DNA of 64,000 bases from Macrostomum hystrix (Eukaryota; Animalia; Platyhelminthes), in NCBI GenBank assembly GCA_950097015.1, contig CATNEN010000038.1:33542001-33606000 (forward strand). The letters run 5' to 3'. The notes under the pieces were generated by a model. It saw nothing but the letters and a program-made list of their open reading frames with translations. It made no database searches and was not told the DNA's origin. Below, one piece after another: positions 26,241-38,762 of this stretch. Made by a program: the position numbers and the translations under genes. Positions within the stretch are counted from its first letter, which is position 1; the number at the start of each line of letters is the position of its first letter.

Positions 26241-26784
26241 GTGCTAGTGAGCTCAACCAAAAAAAAAGCGGAAGAGAAAGCCAGAAATTTCAGAAGCAGT
26301 AAACTTTTCTTTTTAAAACAAAACTGATGCGCAAAACTCTTTTTATAAAAATCGGTTTGCTTATAAATATTTTATTTTTTTTCTAAAGTTCGCTGAACCA
26401 TAAATTGATTACGAAAATAAAATTATAATAACCGACCTAAGTAGTCTATGATAAATAGAAAGAAATAAACATATGAGAAACAAGGCGACACAAAACCAGT
26501 TTATAACATGAGAAGAGAGTAACGCATATACAATTAGTTTTTAATTAATAAAAATAATATGTCGCAGTTAGAGACTTTTATTAGATTTTTTCTCTGTCGC
26601 TATGGCTACTGAAGACAAGTCCAATAAGAACAGAATGTTTTAAAACATGTATGAAAAAGCTTTGAAAATACCAGTATGATGGCGGAGTGTCTTAAAAAAT
26701 CAGCTAAACAGTGTGTGCATAAAGTGTCTCGGATAAACCAACTTGCCTACTGACAGTATTAGAGTGTGTCAAAAACTCGGCAAA

Positions 26785-28879
26785 TCAGAATTCTCCTATG
26801 GCGAAGCCGCGCAGGATTTCCGGCACAGAGGAATCGAATCCAACCAAGTCGAGCATGCCGCAGTCCTTCGGGTCGGCGATGCTGAACTTGCTGGCGGTCA
26901 TTGCCATGACAGCCAGTCTAGCTTCTGGCAGCTGCATCTTGGCGCGATACTGGCAAATAGCTTCGTGCGGATGTACCTTGCCAAAATAGGTCTCATTGTC
27001 TGTTAGGACAACGAATAGGTCGAACAATTTGCGATGCTTCATAGCCCACAGCATCGGCTGGGCGCAGTCTGTGTTGCCAAAATTTTTATTACGAGTTTTA
27101 GCCAACGCAGATTTGAGAGTGTCATCTGGGGTGATGCCAAGCTGCACCAGTTTGGAGCAGAATCCAACAGTATCGCAGCTGCCAATGGGTTCGCTTCGCA
27201 TAACCACCATGGCCAGAGCTGTGGCCGCCTCCGCGCAGCTGATGCACTGGATTGGATTAGCTGGCGAGCTCATACTGCCGCTGACATCGATGGCTAGCAG
27301 GATTCGCTTGCCAGTTGGTTTCACATTTTTAAAGGCCAGATAGAAGGCACTCTCCAGAGCCGAGACCAGGCGCGGCTCCGGCTGCCAGGCCAGGTTGCCG
27401 CGGAAGCCCTTGCCGGAGCTGACAATGCGCCAGGCTGCTAGCACACTGATTGGATGGATCATTGCCTTGTGGAGCTGTTCGGCGTCTGTTAGGCGATCGA
27501 TAACTGCGTCTAGCAGGTCCGGCTTGTCGGCGAATAGGCCGGAGCTGAGGTACTTTGATAGGGACCGCAGCAAAGCTGTCATCGGCATATTGGTTAGCAG
27601 GGCGGCCATCACCTGAAATATGAAATATGAGTGTTTTGGACGTGTTTACTCTTTTAACCTATCAGGAGTAATGCCGATCGAATTCACGATAGTTTCACAA
27701 TTGAATTCACAAAATCGAGAGTCAATTTGAGGATCTAGGAAAATGGAGAGTCAATTTGAGGATCTGGGAAGATAAATGATCTAACAAGATAAATAGCCTG
27801 TTTAAGGATCTGGGAAAACAAATACTGATTTTATTTGAGGATTTAAGAAGGTGAATGGATAAGATAAGTGGCAAACTCACCTGCTTAGAACCGAGTAGAG
27901 GAGCGGGCACATGCTCCCGCACCAGGCCAAACTTCTCTATGAGACCGGCTGCAACGAAGTCGGCACCTTCGCCCAGATGCCGCAGCTGCTCGGTGGCATC
28001 CAGATAGGCCAGCAGGCTGTCACCGGCGGTGTCCTCGGAGTCGCTGGCGGCGGGCCAGGCCTCGCGCGAAGCCTCCATGCCCTTGACGCAGTAGCGCAGG
28101 ACGCAGTTGAGCAGCGGCTTGTCAGTTTTGGCGTGGCAGAGCCGCAGCAGATCCCGATGGCACCAGCCGCCGCGGTTGCGATATTTAGTAACCATGTAGG
28201 CTAGGCGCTTTGGCGAGTCGGCGAATCTCAGGTACCAGTTGGCAACTGCCCGGCGCTGGGCCCGACCCCAGCCTGAGCGCGGCTGGCAGGCCTGCTCGCC
28301 AATCTCAACGAATTGAAACAGGTGAGTGGGAATGCGGCACACCTCAGCTAGGCAGGCGTATGCGGCCTGCTTGGTTGCTGGGTGGTTGCTATGGGCGCAC
28401 AGGGCCAGAGCAATGTGAATGCCATCTTGCTTGGCAGTGCGGCCTTCAATGCTATACTGACGAATAGTGGCCACAGCCTCTGGTCCCTGGCCAGACTCAA
28501 TCAGGTTTTGCAGGGCCAACACATTGGTGACAGTCAGCTCCTTTTCAGAGGCATAATAGGTGCCAGACTCGCAGCCAATGCACAGGAATCGCTTGAGCTG
28601 TTGCATATCAGTCACCTGGAATACATAGCCACCAGCGCTGTTCTTTACCTGATCAGCACTGACTCGCTTTGTCTGGGGCACTGGCTGTTGGTCAACATCC
28701 ATGCTGTTGGATTGACTGGCACTGCTGCTGCTGCTTCGGCTGCGATTCCAGTGGGCAGGACGACCACGAGAAGCAAATCCGAATCCAGATGTGCGAGATG
28801 AATGACCTGACACATTGGCATGTGCTGTGGCAGCTGCAGCAAAGTTCTTCTTTGCCTGCTTGGACTTGCGCCTAGTCAT
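26785..28879 (-). CDS. RO60: Ro60 (TROVE + vWA domain) RNA-binding protein
   Basis: Exons 28879-27881 and 27612-26785, phase 0. Motifs QVKNSAGGYVF, RFLCIGCESGTYY, VCRIPTHLF, GWGR, TKYRNRGGW, MPMTALLR, MIDAS DVSGSM, GNTDCAQPM, TDNET and IADPKDCGMLDLVGFD. Confidence 0.96.
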
Positions 28880-29744
28880 TGGTAGTGTTAATCTACTGGC
28901 AAAGCTGAAATGTATGGAATTATTTGAAATAGCTATATCATATTAGATAATGAGTTCAAATCAACATATTACACATAAAAATTTTTTTTTGTTTTAAAAA
29001 ATGACTAATGTAGAAATGTATAGATTTTGTTGGCTACTTAAATTGACCTGTCTAATTCATGCAAAAATGACTTTCAAAATTAGTGAGCTAACTAGCAACT
29101 GAAACACTAGCTAGAAATAGGCCACAAGCTAATGTAGTGGCCAAGTGACAAGTCTAATTTTAAAAAGGCCATAGCTTTGGAAAGATCTATAAATACCACA
29201 TAAACTAAAAATAGTAAAATACTGTTCAGTAGGAAAATGGGAATTAGATGGTTAAAGTCAAGTATTTTAAGTGAATAAAAGCTAATATACTTAAATAGCC
29301 ATATAGCCATACAGTATTATAGCAAAAATAACTTTCATGCCTTTTAGCTACAAACCAATACAATTTTTTATAGCTAGCCTGTGTTATAGCCTTTATAACA
29401 AAATAATAGGAACTAGGCCTAATAACAAAACACAAAAATAAAGTTAAATACTTATACTAAACCTGACTAAATGCTAGTTTACCAAGTTGGCCTATGCTAT
29501 AGCTAGCTTTAAAAAGGCCTAGATAGGCTAGGATTAAAGTCTGAATAAGCCTAATTTCTGTTAAATATTATGATTAGCTAGGCCCTACCTTAACCTAGGT
29601 CTAGGCATCTAGTCTAGGTAGTTAGGCCCCATGAGTAAAAAAGATAATAGTAGGAAAAACTAAAAAAAGTCAGCAGGCAGGTATTCTGCCCACTGATTGC
29701 ATTATGAAAACATGAATAAATAAACTATGAATGATTATGAATGA

Positions 29745-30420
29745 ATTCCTTCAGGGAAGGAAATCAGGGGATAGGGGGCCTAATGTAGGAATTGCCTTTG
29801 TCCACAGTCAGTGCAATAAAAAAGATAATTCATTAGGCTGAGCTAGCACTAGCACACACACACATACAACAAGAAAAGGTGTAAGAGGATAGATTATATC
29901 AGAAGTTACAACAAATTTGCTAAACAAAAATTAATTTTTTCTTAGCTAATTGTAGGCTTAGTAGGCCTATTTAAAGCAACATACAATTATCGTGGGTCTT
30001 GTAATGTAATGTAGCTGAAGAAACTTATACCTACAATAAGTATTGCACCAATTAAGAACCTAGAAGCAGAGCTAGCTCGCTGATCTAAGTTAAGTATTCC
30101 TACTACTTAGTTACTTACAGTGCTTCCTTTTTATACACTGTGACAGGCGGACAGCTCGGCATCAATTTAATAATTATGAAATGTCGTGAATTGTGGTGAA
30201 ATACAAAGCAAAAAGGTTGCGAATCTACGTAGTGTTACTCTAGGAGAAAACTAGTAAGTTTTGTGAAATAAATATCCAAAATTAGAACCCAATCAATATG
30301 ATGGTGGGACCCTTGCGAGTTGCGACATGCGATGCAATATTTGTATAACGATAAATGTAAAAACATTTCGCCGGTTGCTATGCACTGATATGTTATAACA
30401 AATTATGCAAAGCAAGCATC
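29745..30420. repeat. Diverged direct duplication, copy 1 (copy 2 is split over about 32767-32850 and 33555-34032)
   Basis: Shared blocks AGGAATTGCCTTTGTCCA, CAATTAAGAAC(C/T)TAGAAGCAG, TACAGTGCTTCCTTTT, GTGG(G/A)ACCCTTGC and TATAACAAATT(A/G)TGCAAAGCAAGCAT. Confidence 0.85.
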
Positions 30421-30893
30421 GTAGTTGTATTTTGTAAAAACGATATTTGATTTCATGATGGTATGTTTTGTAGCGTAAATTGTTTTAGTAATCCATTTAA
30501 GAAAGAAAATAATTAATTTTAAAATGAAATATGCTGAAGAATTTTCGAGAAAAAATCGTCAACACAGAATCTGAACAACAACTTTGATTGGTTTAAACTC
30601 CCGCTCTGTTTAATAAATGACAGTTAATAATTTAAAGTTAGTCCATTAAGTATCTTATGCGACGTTTTTAAGTGTTTCCATAAAATGTTTATAATTTTTT
30701 TATCTTTATAAATGTTTATGTTGCTCATATTCTTTTCTTTGCATGAAATGAAAATATCTTAGTTATTGCTTATCAGTTTACGCTCACAAAAAAGCTATTA
30801 TTAGGCCATAGGCGACGACTTCGAAGGATAGGCCCTACGCTTTAATGTTAATCTAAGAGACTTTCTCATCCCTGTTATGTTATTATTATTAAT

Positions 30894-31495
30894 TAGGCAG
30901 GGCTTATTCCCATGGTCCTGTGCCAATAATTTTAATTTTATCCACACGGATCTGTGCCGATAATTTTCTGCTTATCCACACAGCAGCTAGTATGAATAGG
31001 TTTACAACTCTTTATATTAATATGCTGTGCCATTAATTTCAATTTTATCAAGATGGTTCTGTTCTTTGAAATGAGGCCCTTTTGGGTTTGAATGTTTTGT
31101 TGAACCCTCAAGCCAATAGATCAACAAAGTTGCCAGTGTGTTACAACAGTGTTCTACATTTCGACCTACACATTCATTAAACGACATTAATGTCATCCTT
31201 TTTAATTATTGTAATAACAACCTACTAGATCTTTTGTTATCGTTAAGCCCCCCCCTATGTGTTTTCATTCAAATTGTTATTCTTTTACACTAGGCCTATG
31301 CATTGATAGTGTACACTATACACTATACTCTGAAGCAAAAGCCTTAGGCCTATGCTCAGAGAAGAATAGGTAAGGACATGAAAGTAGTCCTATTCATACA
31401 AGCTGCCATGTTGAAAAGCAGAAAATTATTGGCATGGATCCGTGTGGATAAAATTGAAATTATTGGCATGGGACTGTGGGAATAAGCACTTCCTA
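30894..31495. mobile_element. MITE with imperfect TIRs of about 100 bp in a TTAAT context
   Basis: 30894-31000 (TAGGCAGGGCTTATTCCCA...GTATGAATAGG) is inverted at 31389-31495 (CCTATTCATAC...TGGGAATAAGCACTTCCTA). Confidence 0.75.
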
Positions 31496-31509
31496 TTAAT
31501 TATTATTAT

Positions 31510-31806
31510 TGATTACATGTGTCCCAATCAGGCCTGATCCCAGATGTCCACCCAACAGCACAGCCGCAGCTATTGCGTGGCGCATATGAAGACTGCATTC
31601 AGCTGTTCAGTCCATGGACTAGGGGGATGCCACACCCACCTTCAATCATCCGAGCTAATGTGGGTAACTAGGCCTATTTAACAGCTAGGTGTACTAAAGC
31701 AATGCAGAGTTCAGTGTTTTGCTAAAGGACACAAATTGTTTCAGTGGGAGTTGGGAATCAAACCTCTGACCTTTAAGTTGTGAGTCCAATGCCCCAACCA
31801 CTAGCT
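31510..31806 (-). mobile_element. tRNA-derived SINE (family B, CORE-like central domain)
   Basis: Minus strand carries a tRNA-like head (GGTTTGATTCC), GTGTCCTTTAGCAAAACACT, and a tail GTCCATGGACTGAACA ending in (AAT)n. Homologous to copies at about 52.4 and 60.2 kb. Confidence 0.8.
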
Positions 31807-32109
31807 ACAACCTCTGCATTTAAACATGCTGTGCCCATAAGCTGCAACATTATACTTATAGAAGTAACTGCTGGTTGTCAACCTATTATTGTCATTTATT
31901 TGTGGTTTGTGCCTTTAGCCTATGTCCTAACAGATAATTGTGTATATAATGAAAAGATAGTATGTCTATATAAAATAGTAACCAATGAATTTGTAGTTGT
32001 TTTTCAGTGATGAGGCAAGAGCAAGGTGGTGGTTCAACTGGTTAATAGGCTTACAGAATAATGTTATTGGAATGCTGAGCTGCTGTATATTTATAGTGTT
32101 GAGATGATA

Positions 32110-33255
32110 CACGTACAACACCTGGCTGAACCGGCCGGGTGAAACGAGGGCCAAGCAATGTAAGTCACAAAATCCAATCAACCAAGTACAGAAAAATCAA
32201 AGGGGGGACCAAGGGACAAAAAAGGAAAGCATGAAGAAAAAGAAAATGGGGAGAGAAAAAGAGAGGAAAACAGAGAAAAAAAGTTGTAAATGGAGCATTG
32301 AAATGAACTAAGTTGTAAATAGAGCAAAAACTAAGTCGCACGGCCGGCTAAGATTTGGGAGGTTGCACATGTATGTGATCTTCCGGAAAGTTCTAGAAAT
32401 ATATAATGCAAAAACAAATCAACCAAGCACAAAAAAATCAAAGGGGGACCAAGGGACAAAAAGGAAGGTGTGAAGAAGAGGAAAAGAGGGAGAGAAAAAT
32501 AGAGCAACTGAGAGCAAACTAAGTTGTAAATAGAGCAAAAACTAAGTCACATGGCCAGCTAAGATTTGGGAGGTTGCACATGTATGATGCATTATAACAG
32601 AATGATTGTTACGAAAATACTGCTAGTTATTTATCGCTAGTTTTACCCGCAGACCACGAATACTTGTTAATTATTAAAAATATTGAAATGCAGTAAATAA
32701 AAAAAATTTTTAGACAAAGAACTTTCTAGAAAACGCACAAATAGAAATTTGTCAAAGGTCACTACAAATTCCTTAAGGGAATCAAGGTATGATACAGGAA
32801 TTGCCTTTGTCCATAGCAGTGCAAAGAAAAAATATAATACATTAGGCCAGGGGTCTCCAACCCACTGTAAGCAGTGGGCTGCATTCAATATTTATTTAAG
32901 ATACACAGGCTGCAAGAAGTGCACAAAAAAGCTAGGAAAAGTTAAGTCAAGGTTAATATATAGCATACATGCGCAATCTCCCAAATCTTAGCCAGCTGTG
33001 CAACTTAGTTTTCGCTCTATTTACAACTTAGTTTGCTCTCATTTGCAACTTAGTTCGTTTCATTGCTCTATTTATGACTTAGTTTGCTCTCATTTGCTCT
33101 CTTTTTCTTTCCCCTTTTTCCTTTTCTTCACGCCTTCCTTTTCTTGTCCCTTGGTCCCCCCTTTGATTTTTTTGCGCTTGGTCGATTGGTTTTTGCGACT
33201 TACCTTGCTTGGCCCTCGTTTCACCCCACTGGGTTGGCCGGGTGTTGCGCATGTA
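32110..33255. repeat. Inverted pair of a repeat of about 270 bp plus a partial direct copy
   Basis: 32110-32375 is inverted at 32965-33255 (GGGTGAAACGAGGGCCAAGCAA...AAATCAAAGGGGGACCAAGGGACAA). A partial direct copy lies at 32410-32585. Confidence 0.85.
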
Positions 33256-34402
33256 TGATATATTCATATCATATATATATATATGATATATAGTATTAGT
33301 CAATTAGTAAGATAACTGATGTTCCTTGTCCTTGTACAGCAGTTGAAAGTTGGGCTTGATAGACAAAATTGATGAAAGCAGCAGTGTATCTTCTAGGTGA
33401 GAAACTTCCCATCTATTTTACTCAGCAGGCTGCATCAAATGCAAAATTGGAAAGAGGGCTGCAGGCCACATAGAATTTATGCTTGTGGGCCATATGTGGC
33501 CTGTGGGCTGATATCAGAGATCACAACAAATTAGCTAAATGAAAAATATGTTTGTTAGCTAATTGTAATTTGTACTGTAGGCTTGGTCTTCAAATTAATG
33601 TACAATTATTGTGGTTCTTGTCTTGCAAAGTAATGTTGCTTAGAACCTTATATGTACAATACATTTTGTAACAATTAAGAACTTAGAAGCAGGACTAGCT
33701 TGCTTATCTAACTAATTATTCCTGCTACAGTGCTTCCTTTTTAATACCAGTGACAGCTCGGAATCCAATGTGAAATCCAATTATGAAATGCCATTAATTG
33801 TGTTAAAAAAAGCAAAAAGTTGCGAAGCGAGTGAGTTGAACTCTAAGAGAAAACAAGAAATTTTCATAATATATGTCCACAATTTGATTCAAATCAATAT
33901 TATAGTGGAACCCTTGCAATATGTGATGCAATTTGCAAGGGTTTGCAAGGGTTTGTATTTATAACAACAATGAAAACATATTGCAGGTTGTTTTGCATGA
34001 TACATATTATAACAAATTGTGCAAAGCAAGCATAATTTAAACTTTCTAGTTTTTTATATATAATATGTGTCATTTAATGATTTTAGAGTAAAGCTAAGGC
34101 TAAGTTAAATAAAACTGTAGGTTTTCCATTTCCTTTTATAACAGGAAAATGTCCGAAATACTTTATCACTATGTCTCAAGCCTTTGTCTTTTTAAGAACT
34201 CTGCTTTATTAACCAAGTTTTGTCTTTTTTAATAGATCAGCATATCAATCAATCAGCATATCATTTATTGATTATATATCAATAAATGTACTAAGATTGT
34301 ATCTAAGCAGATGCTTATTTATGTTCAGTAAATTAATCTTCACTTCAATAGTTCCAAATGCAACTAAAAGGCATACAAAAAAACTTTTTCAGCTAAGCCA
34401 GG

Positions 34403-34798
34403 ATGGACGATATTCTATCCAAATTAGGCCTGAACATTGATGAGCTTAACATGCTGCGCATCATTGAGCCTGAAGTTGCCACTGAATCCACCGATCTCAA
34501 AGACAAATGCGGCCAATTCACCATCACAGTGGAAGATTTTCAACGCCTCGTGTCCAGCCTACTGCAGTCTGTAGATTTGGCCGCCGCCGAGGTAGAAAAA
34601 GAGAAAATGATTCGCATCGGCGCACTAAATCAGCTGAAATGTGTGAGCACACAGCGTCAGGAGCAGGTGCAGCAGCTCCAGGCCCAGATACTGGAGAAGC
34701 AGGCCAGTCTGGACCGGTTGCAGAAACAGCTGCGCTCGCTGGAGGCTGTAGCCAAGGAGCAGAACGATTTCATTGATCAATTTCAAACACAGAAGTAG
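34403..34798 (+). CDS. IFT20: Intraflagellar transport protein 20
   Basis: 131-aa uninterrupted ORF with GLNIDELNMLRIIEPEV, VEKEKMIRIGALNQLK and a C-terminal coiled coil ending EQNDFIDQF. Confidence 0.93.
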   Translation: MDDILSKLGLNIDELNMLRIIEPEVATESTDLKDKCGQFTITVEDFQRLVSSLLQSVDLAAAEVEKEKMIRIGALNQLKCVSTQRQEQVQQLQAQILEKQASLDRLQKQLRSLEAVAKEQNDFIDQFQTQK

Positions 34799-37009
34799 AA
34801 TTACATGATCGCATGGCCAATGATTACTATTATTACTTTTCTGACCTTCTTACTTGTGTAATTTGCTAATTATGTCGGTAGAAAGACCGTTTTGTCCTAC
34901 TTTTCTTCAAATATTTTCCGTCCAATATAAATGCTCCCAAATTCATTCCCTTATTCTTTATCTTTACTACTATATGTTATGTACTTTTAAGCTGCTAATC
35001 TGTGATCTATGTTGTTTTCTCGTTTTCACGTGGTCAGCCTTAGCTGAATAAATGATGGAATAAAGCTTTTTTAATTAGAATTATTATTACCCATTATAAA
35101 CTCCTGTGTTTTTTATATTTCATAGTAAATTAAGTTTTTTGTTATTTAAGTTATGGAAGCAATTTTTGATCTGGGGAGAGTGGAAGAGGTACACGCAACC
35201 TTCAGGTTTTTATTATTGTCAATAATTTAGATTTTATACTCTTTTGTTTCAATAATAAATACAACATATGAATTCACAATCCTACAATTTACTATTTCAG
35301 TGACCAGCTCAGCACTCGAGTGGACGCGTCAACTAGCTGGAATCAGACTGCCTCACTGACAGAAATGCTGATAACAACACAATCTTCCACACCAGCGACA
35401 ACGGAAGAAGTCCAGTGATTCAAGCTGAGAAGGGTTACTCAACAGATCTGAGAAGTGTCTATGGCCTAGTCTTCTCTTGAGCATAGCAACAAAGAATAAT
35501 TGGATTCCAGCACTGCTAAGTGCCTTATTGGTCGCTTACCGATGCAATAACATCCAGTTCCAGATCGTTTTAGACTAATATTTTTCAGGAACAAGTTCGA
35601 GACTAACAGTCTAATGAGATTTCATGTGGTTAGTTGGATCATTTCATTTGTATTTGCTAGTTTTTTATCAAACCCTTATCAAATTTTTGTATATTATCTT
35701 CCACAAGATTGCGGTTTCGATGAGTCTATGATCAGCCGTCTCACCCATTAGCTGAGATCAAATAGGGTAAACATGTTATTTTAAGCGTAATAATTTTGGC
35801 TGTTTTACTTTTCCTCGAAGTCATTTATTTTGAAGATTTTTGAATTAATATTGTTGCAAAAAATTGTAATTTGTTGTGCTTCATTACTTCAAAATATACA
35901 TAAATTTTTGTCTAGAAAAGTCTTCTTGTTTTACCTATTTTTTTAATTTTCGAACACTTACCAAGTTCAGTAGCTAGTTGTTTGAGTATAGTAGCCTCTA
36001 GCATAGGCTTTGGAATAGGTTTAGTCATAATCGAATCATTTATTATGTTCCAAATGTGTTTCCGTTGCCATCTCGACTGCTTCTACACTTTAGTCAACTG
36101 CCGCTGACTTTGCTGCGACGCGCCTAGTTACTAACTGCTGCTGGCGTGCCTGTGACTTTTACTGACGGATTCTGTACAGGCGACAACTCAATGGTTGAGT
36201 ATAGAGAAATCATTCGTTTAAATAAGCAGAATTTTGTGCCAAATTTAGAACGATTTTAAGAGATACAATTAGGCACTTTCCCACTAGTTCTTCTTGATTG
36301 CTTGGCGTTTTTTTGCGGGAAGTGTTAAGAGGGCGTTTCCTTTGATTAATTTTTTAAATAGTAACCACTACCTTATGACATTTTGCGTCTTTAATGGGAG
36401 TCAGCTAAATCTGTTAGCTTTATTATGTGGTAGAGTCTAGTTCAATTTATTTCCTTCCTTAGTTTCTCGTAGCTCCATATCTATAGCATGGTTCCATTTT
36501 GTTTATTCAACAAAGTGGAACACACGTTGGTTTAAAATTGGCACATTAACCTCTGTTAAATTTAATCATCGGTAGAAGGCGTTACAAAAACTTAGGCCCT
36601 TCGTCTTCCAACCTTCAGTTGTCTGTTGCAGAAACAATCACGATCTTGGTCAACGTCGAGATGCACTATTGTCATGGCGTATGAACCCTCGTATTGAACG
36701 AGCCAGGTTTGACTTTTCTTGCGATCCAGTCTATCGTGCCATGAGATCAGATTGTTATAGACTAGTTTATCATGGGGTAGATTGTTATTATGCAACACTT
36801 CCGCCTCGTCCGGATGCAAACTTCTTATTGCAGATCTGTTTAAATAATGATATTGGATTCGATTGACGCATCGTACTGTTGTCCTACTGGTGCTAAATGA
36901 GGATGACGCAACGTGAACGTGTTTTTGAACCCTATTTCCCAAATTAATATTTATTAAGTTATATTTTTTAACATTTAATGCCTTGCCTACGATTTTCAGA
37001 CATAAAACT

Positions 37010-37603
37010 ATGCAACTGCAGTCCACTAACAAGAGTGTGTTGAACTACCAGACCTGCCAGCTAGGTTGTCACGATGTGTGCGACCTTCTTCTAGTGTCTA
37101 TGGCCAAGCTGCAAGATGCCGATCGGACCCTGAAAGGTCGCTTCCGTGCGCAGATGCGTCGTCCAAGTCGTCCATTGTTGCAGCGCGTTATGCTGCACAA
37201 TTGGATCAAACGCCTGTGTGATGTCATGGCTAAGGAGGCCGGGTTGGATGATGAAGGCTGCTCTGTTAGCGCCGAAACTGACCTTGAGGTCCGGGACAGA
37301 AAGAGGCCAGCTGATAATGTGGAAGATTCTCCACCTCAGATTGAGTGCCAGCCAGTTATCGAGAAATCGATTAATAAGAGCGCTAAAAAGCGGCGCCGTT
37401 TGAATTCTCTTGTGCTTGTGACAGAGAACTACCAGCCAGTGTCCTGGTCCGCAGTTTCCAATGTAGGTCCTGCCGAACAGACTCGGCCTACTAGGAGGCG
37501 AAGCTTGAATCGACTGAAGAGGCGACGTCAGTTTCACCGGTTTCAACGTCAGCATCGACCGCAGCGCGAATATCTGTTTGAAATGTTTCGACGAGAAAGT
37601 TAA
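37010..37603 (+). CDS. SERTA-domain-like protein, paralogue 1
   Basis: The ATG at 37010 follows acceptor TTTTCAG. LLLVSMAKLQ...RPLLQRVMLHNWIKRL resembles the SERTA pattern (LxxSxxKL...LxxxVLxxNxxxxI). The tail is basic and NLS-like, and the protein is homologous to the next ORF. Confidence 0.6.
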   Translation: MQLQSTNKSVLNYQTCQLGCHDVCDLLLVSMAKLQDADRTLKGRFRAQMRRPSRPLLQRVMLHNWIKRLCDVMAKEAGLDDEGCSVSAETDLEVRDRKRPADNVEDSPPQIECQPVIEKSINKSAKKRRRLNSLVLVTENYQPVSWSAVSNVGPAEQTRPTRRRSLNRLKRRRQFHRFQRQHRPQREYLFEMFRRES

Positions 37604-38762
37604 AATAGACAAGAAAAAACTCACCTTGCCTGTCTGAAATTGTGTCATTGATATTTGATCGACTGTTTTTTGAGAAAATCTTCTTCAAGTGTCTTAATAA
37701 TCCGCTTTAATTAAGGGGGTTGGCAAACTTACACATAGCATACACTGAAGAGATAAGACAATGGAGACATAAAACCGCGGGACAGTTCAGATACGACAGA
37801 GATGAAACACAGTAGCACATATGGTACCTGAATGATACTATGGAAAATGCAATCCAGATTTAATAGCTTTGCTGTGCGGCCTGTAGTTAACTGACCCCTT
37901 CAATAAAATTAAATAAGTCTGGCTGTAAGGCTTTGACCATTTTTGCACCGCATTAGTTTCATTGTGTATTAAATTCATTTTCTTATTGCAGACTCAAAAA
38001 CATTCTAAACCAATTATGCCTTCTTTATGATTCAATCACCGCTGTATTAAAAACCATTACTTATTGTAACCGTGTCAAGGTATTATTAAGAAAAAATACA
38101 AAAATATAATTACATGTGTGCACTAATGCGTATCAAATCAGTACTTATTTTTTCTTTCTCTTAGCGAACTATATTAGGGCAACCTGATGTATCATAGAGT
38201 GTATAGGTTCAAGAATGTAGAAATATCGCCCTTATTAATAACTATGAGCATTAACACTAGAAAGACCATTGCCTTTCAAATGCTCACATTTTTCTTTTTT
38301 TGTATTAATTATATTGTATAAGAGGTTTATAACTCTTGTTAATGTTAGCAATGTTAGTTGTTGCTGTCACCATGGTATCCGACAAGAATCGCTGAATATC
38401 TCGACAATGCTGCCTTTTAAGTTCATCATAAAGGCGGGAAAATGTTGCTTTTTCCCGTGGTCTTTCCGTAGTCTTTCCGTGGAAAAATAGCGTGGTCTTT
38501 CTACTGTTGATTTAAAATCTAGATTTTATTACAAAACCCTTGAAACCCTACATCTGTAAAATACCATAATTAATGTAACGACTCCTCCACAGCACACGCA
38601 AACACAGGGTTGACCCATATGGTTCTCAATTAAAATTGCCTCTCAGAGAATGAAGTGAAATTAGTCTGCGCGAAAGCCTAGGGTTAAATTTCAGTTTGTC
38701 AACTTTTGTTTAATTAAACATTTTATGATTTCCAATTCAGCTCAAAGCAAACTGTATTCGTC

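Noticed and set aside
28900-34400. Y RNA or spliced-leader RNA gene next to Ro60
   Set aside because: No GGTCCGA...TTGACC Ro-binding stem with a terminator and no recognisable SL exon were found by eye.
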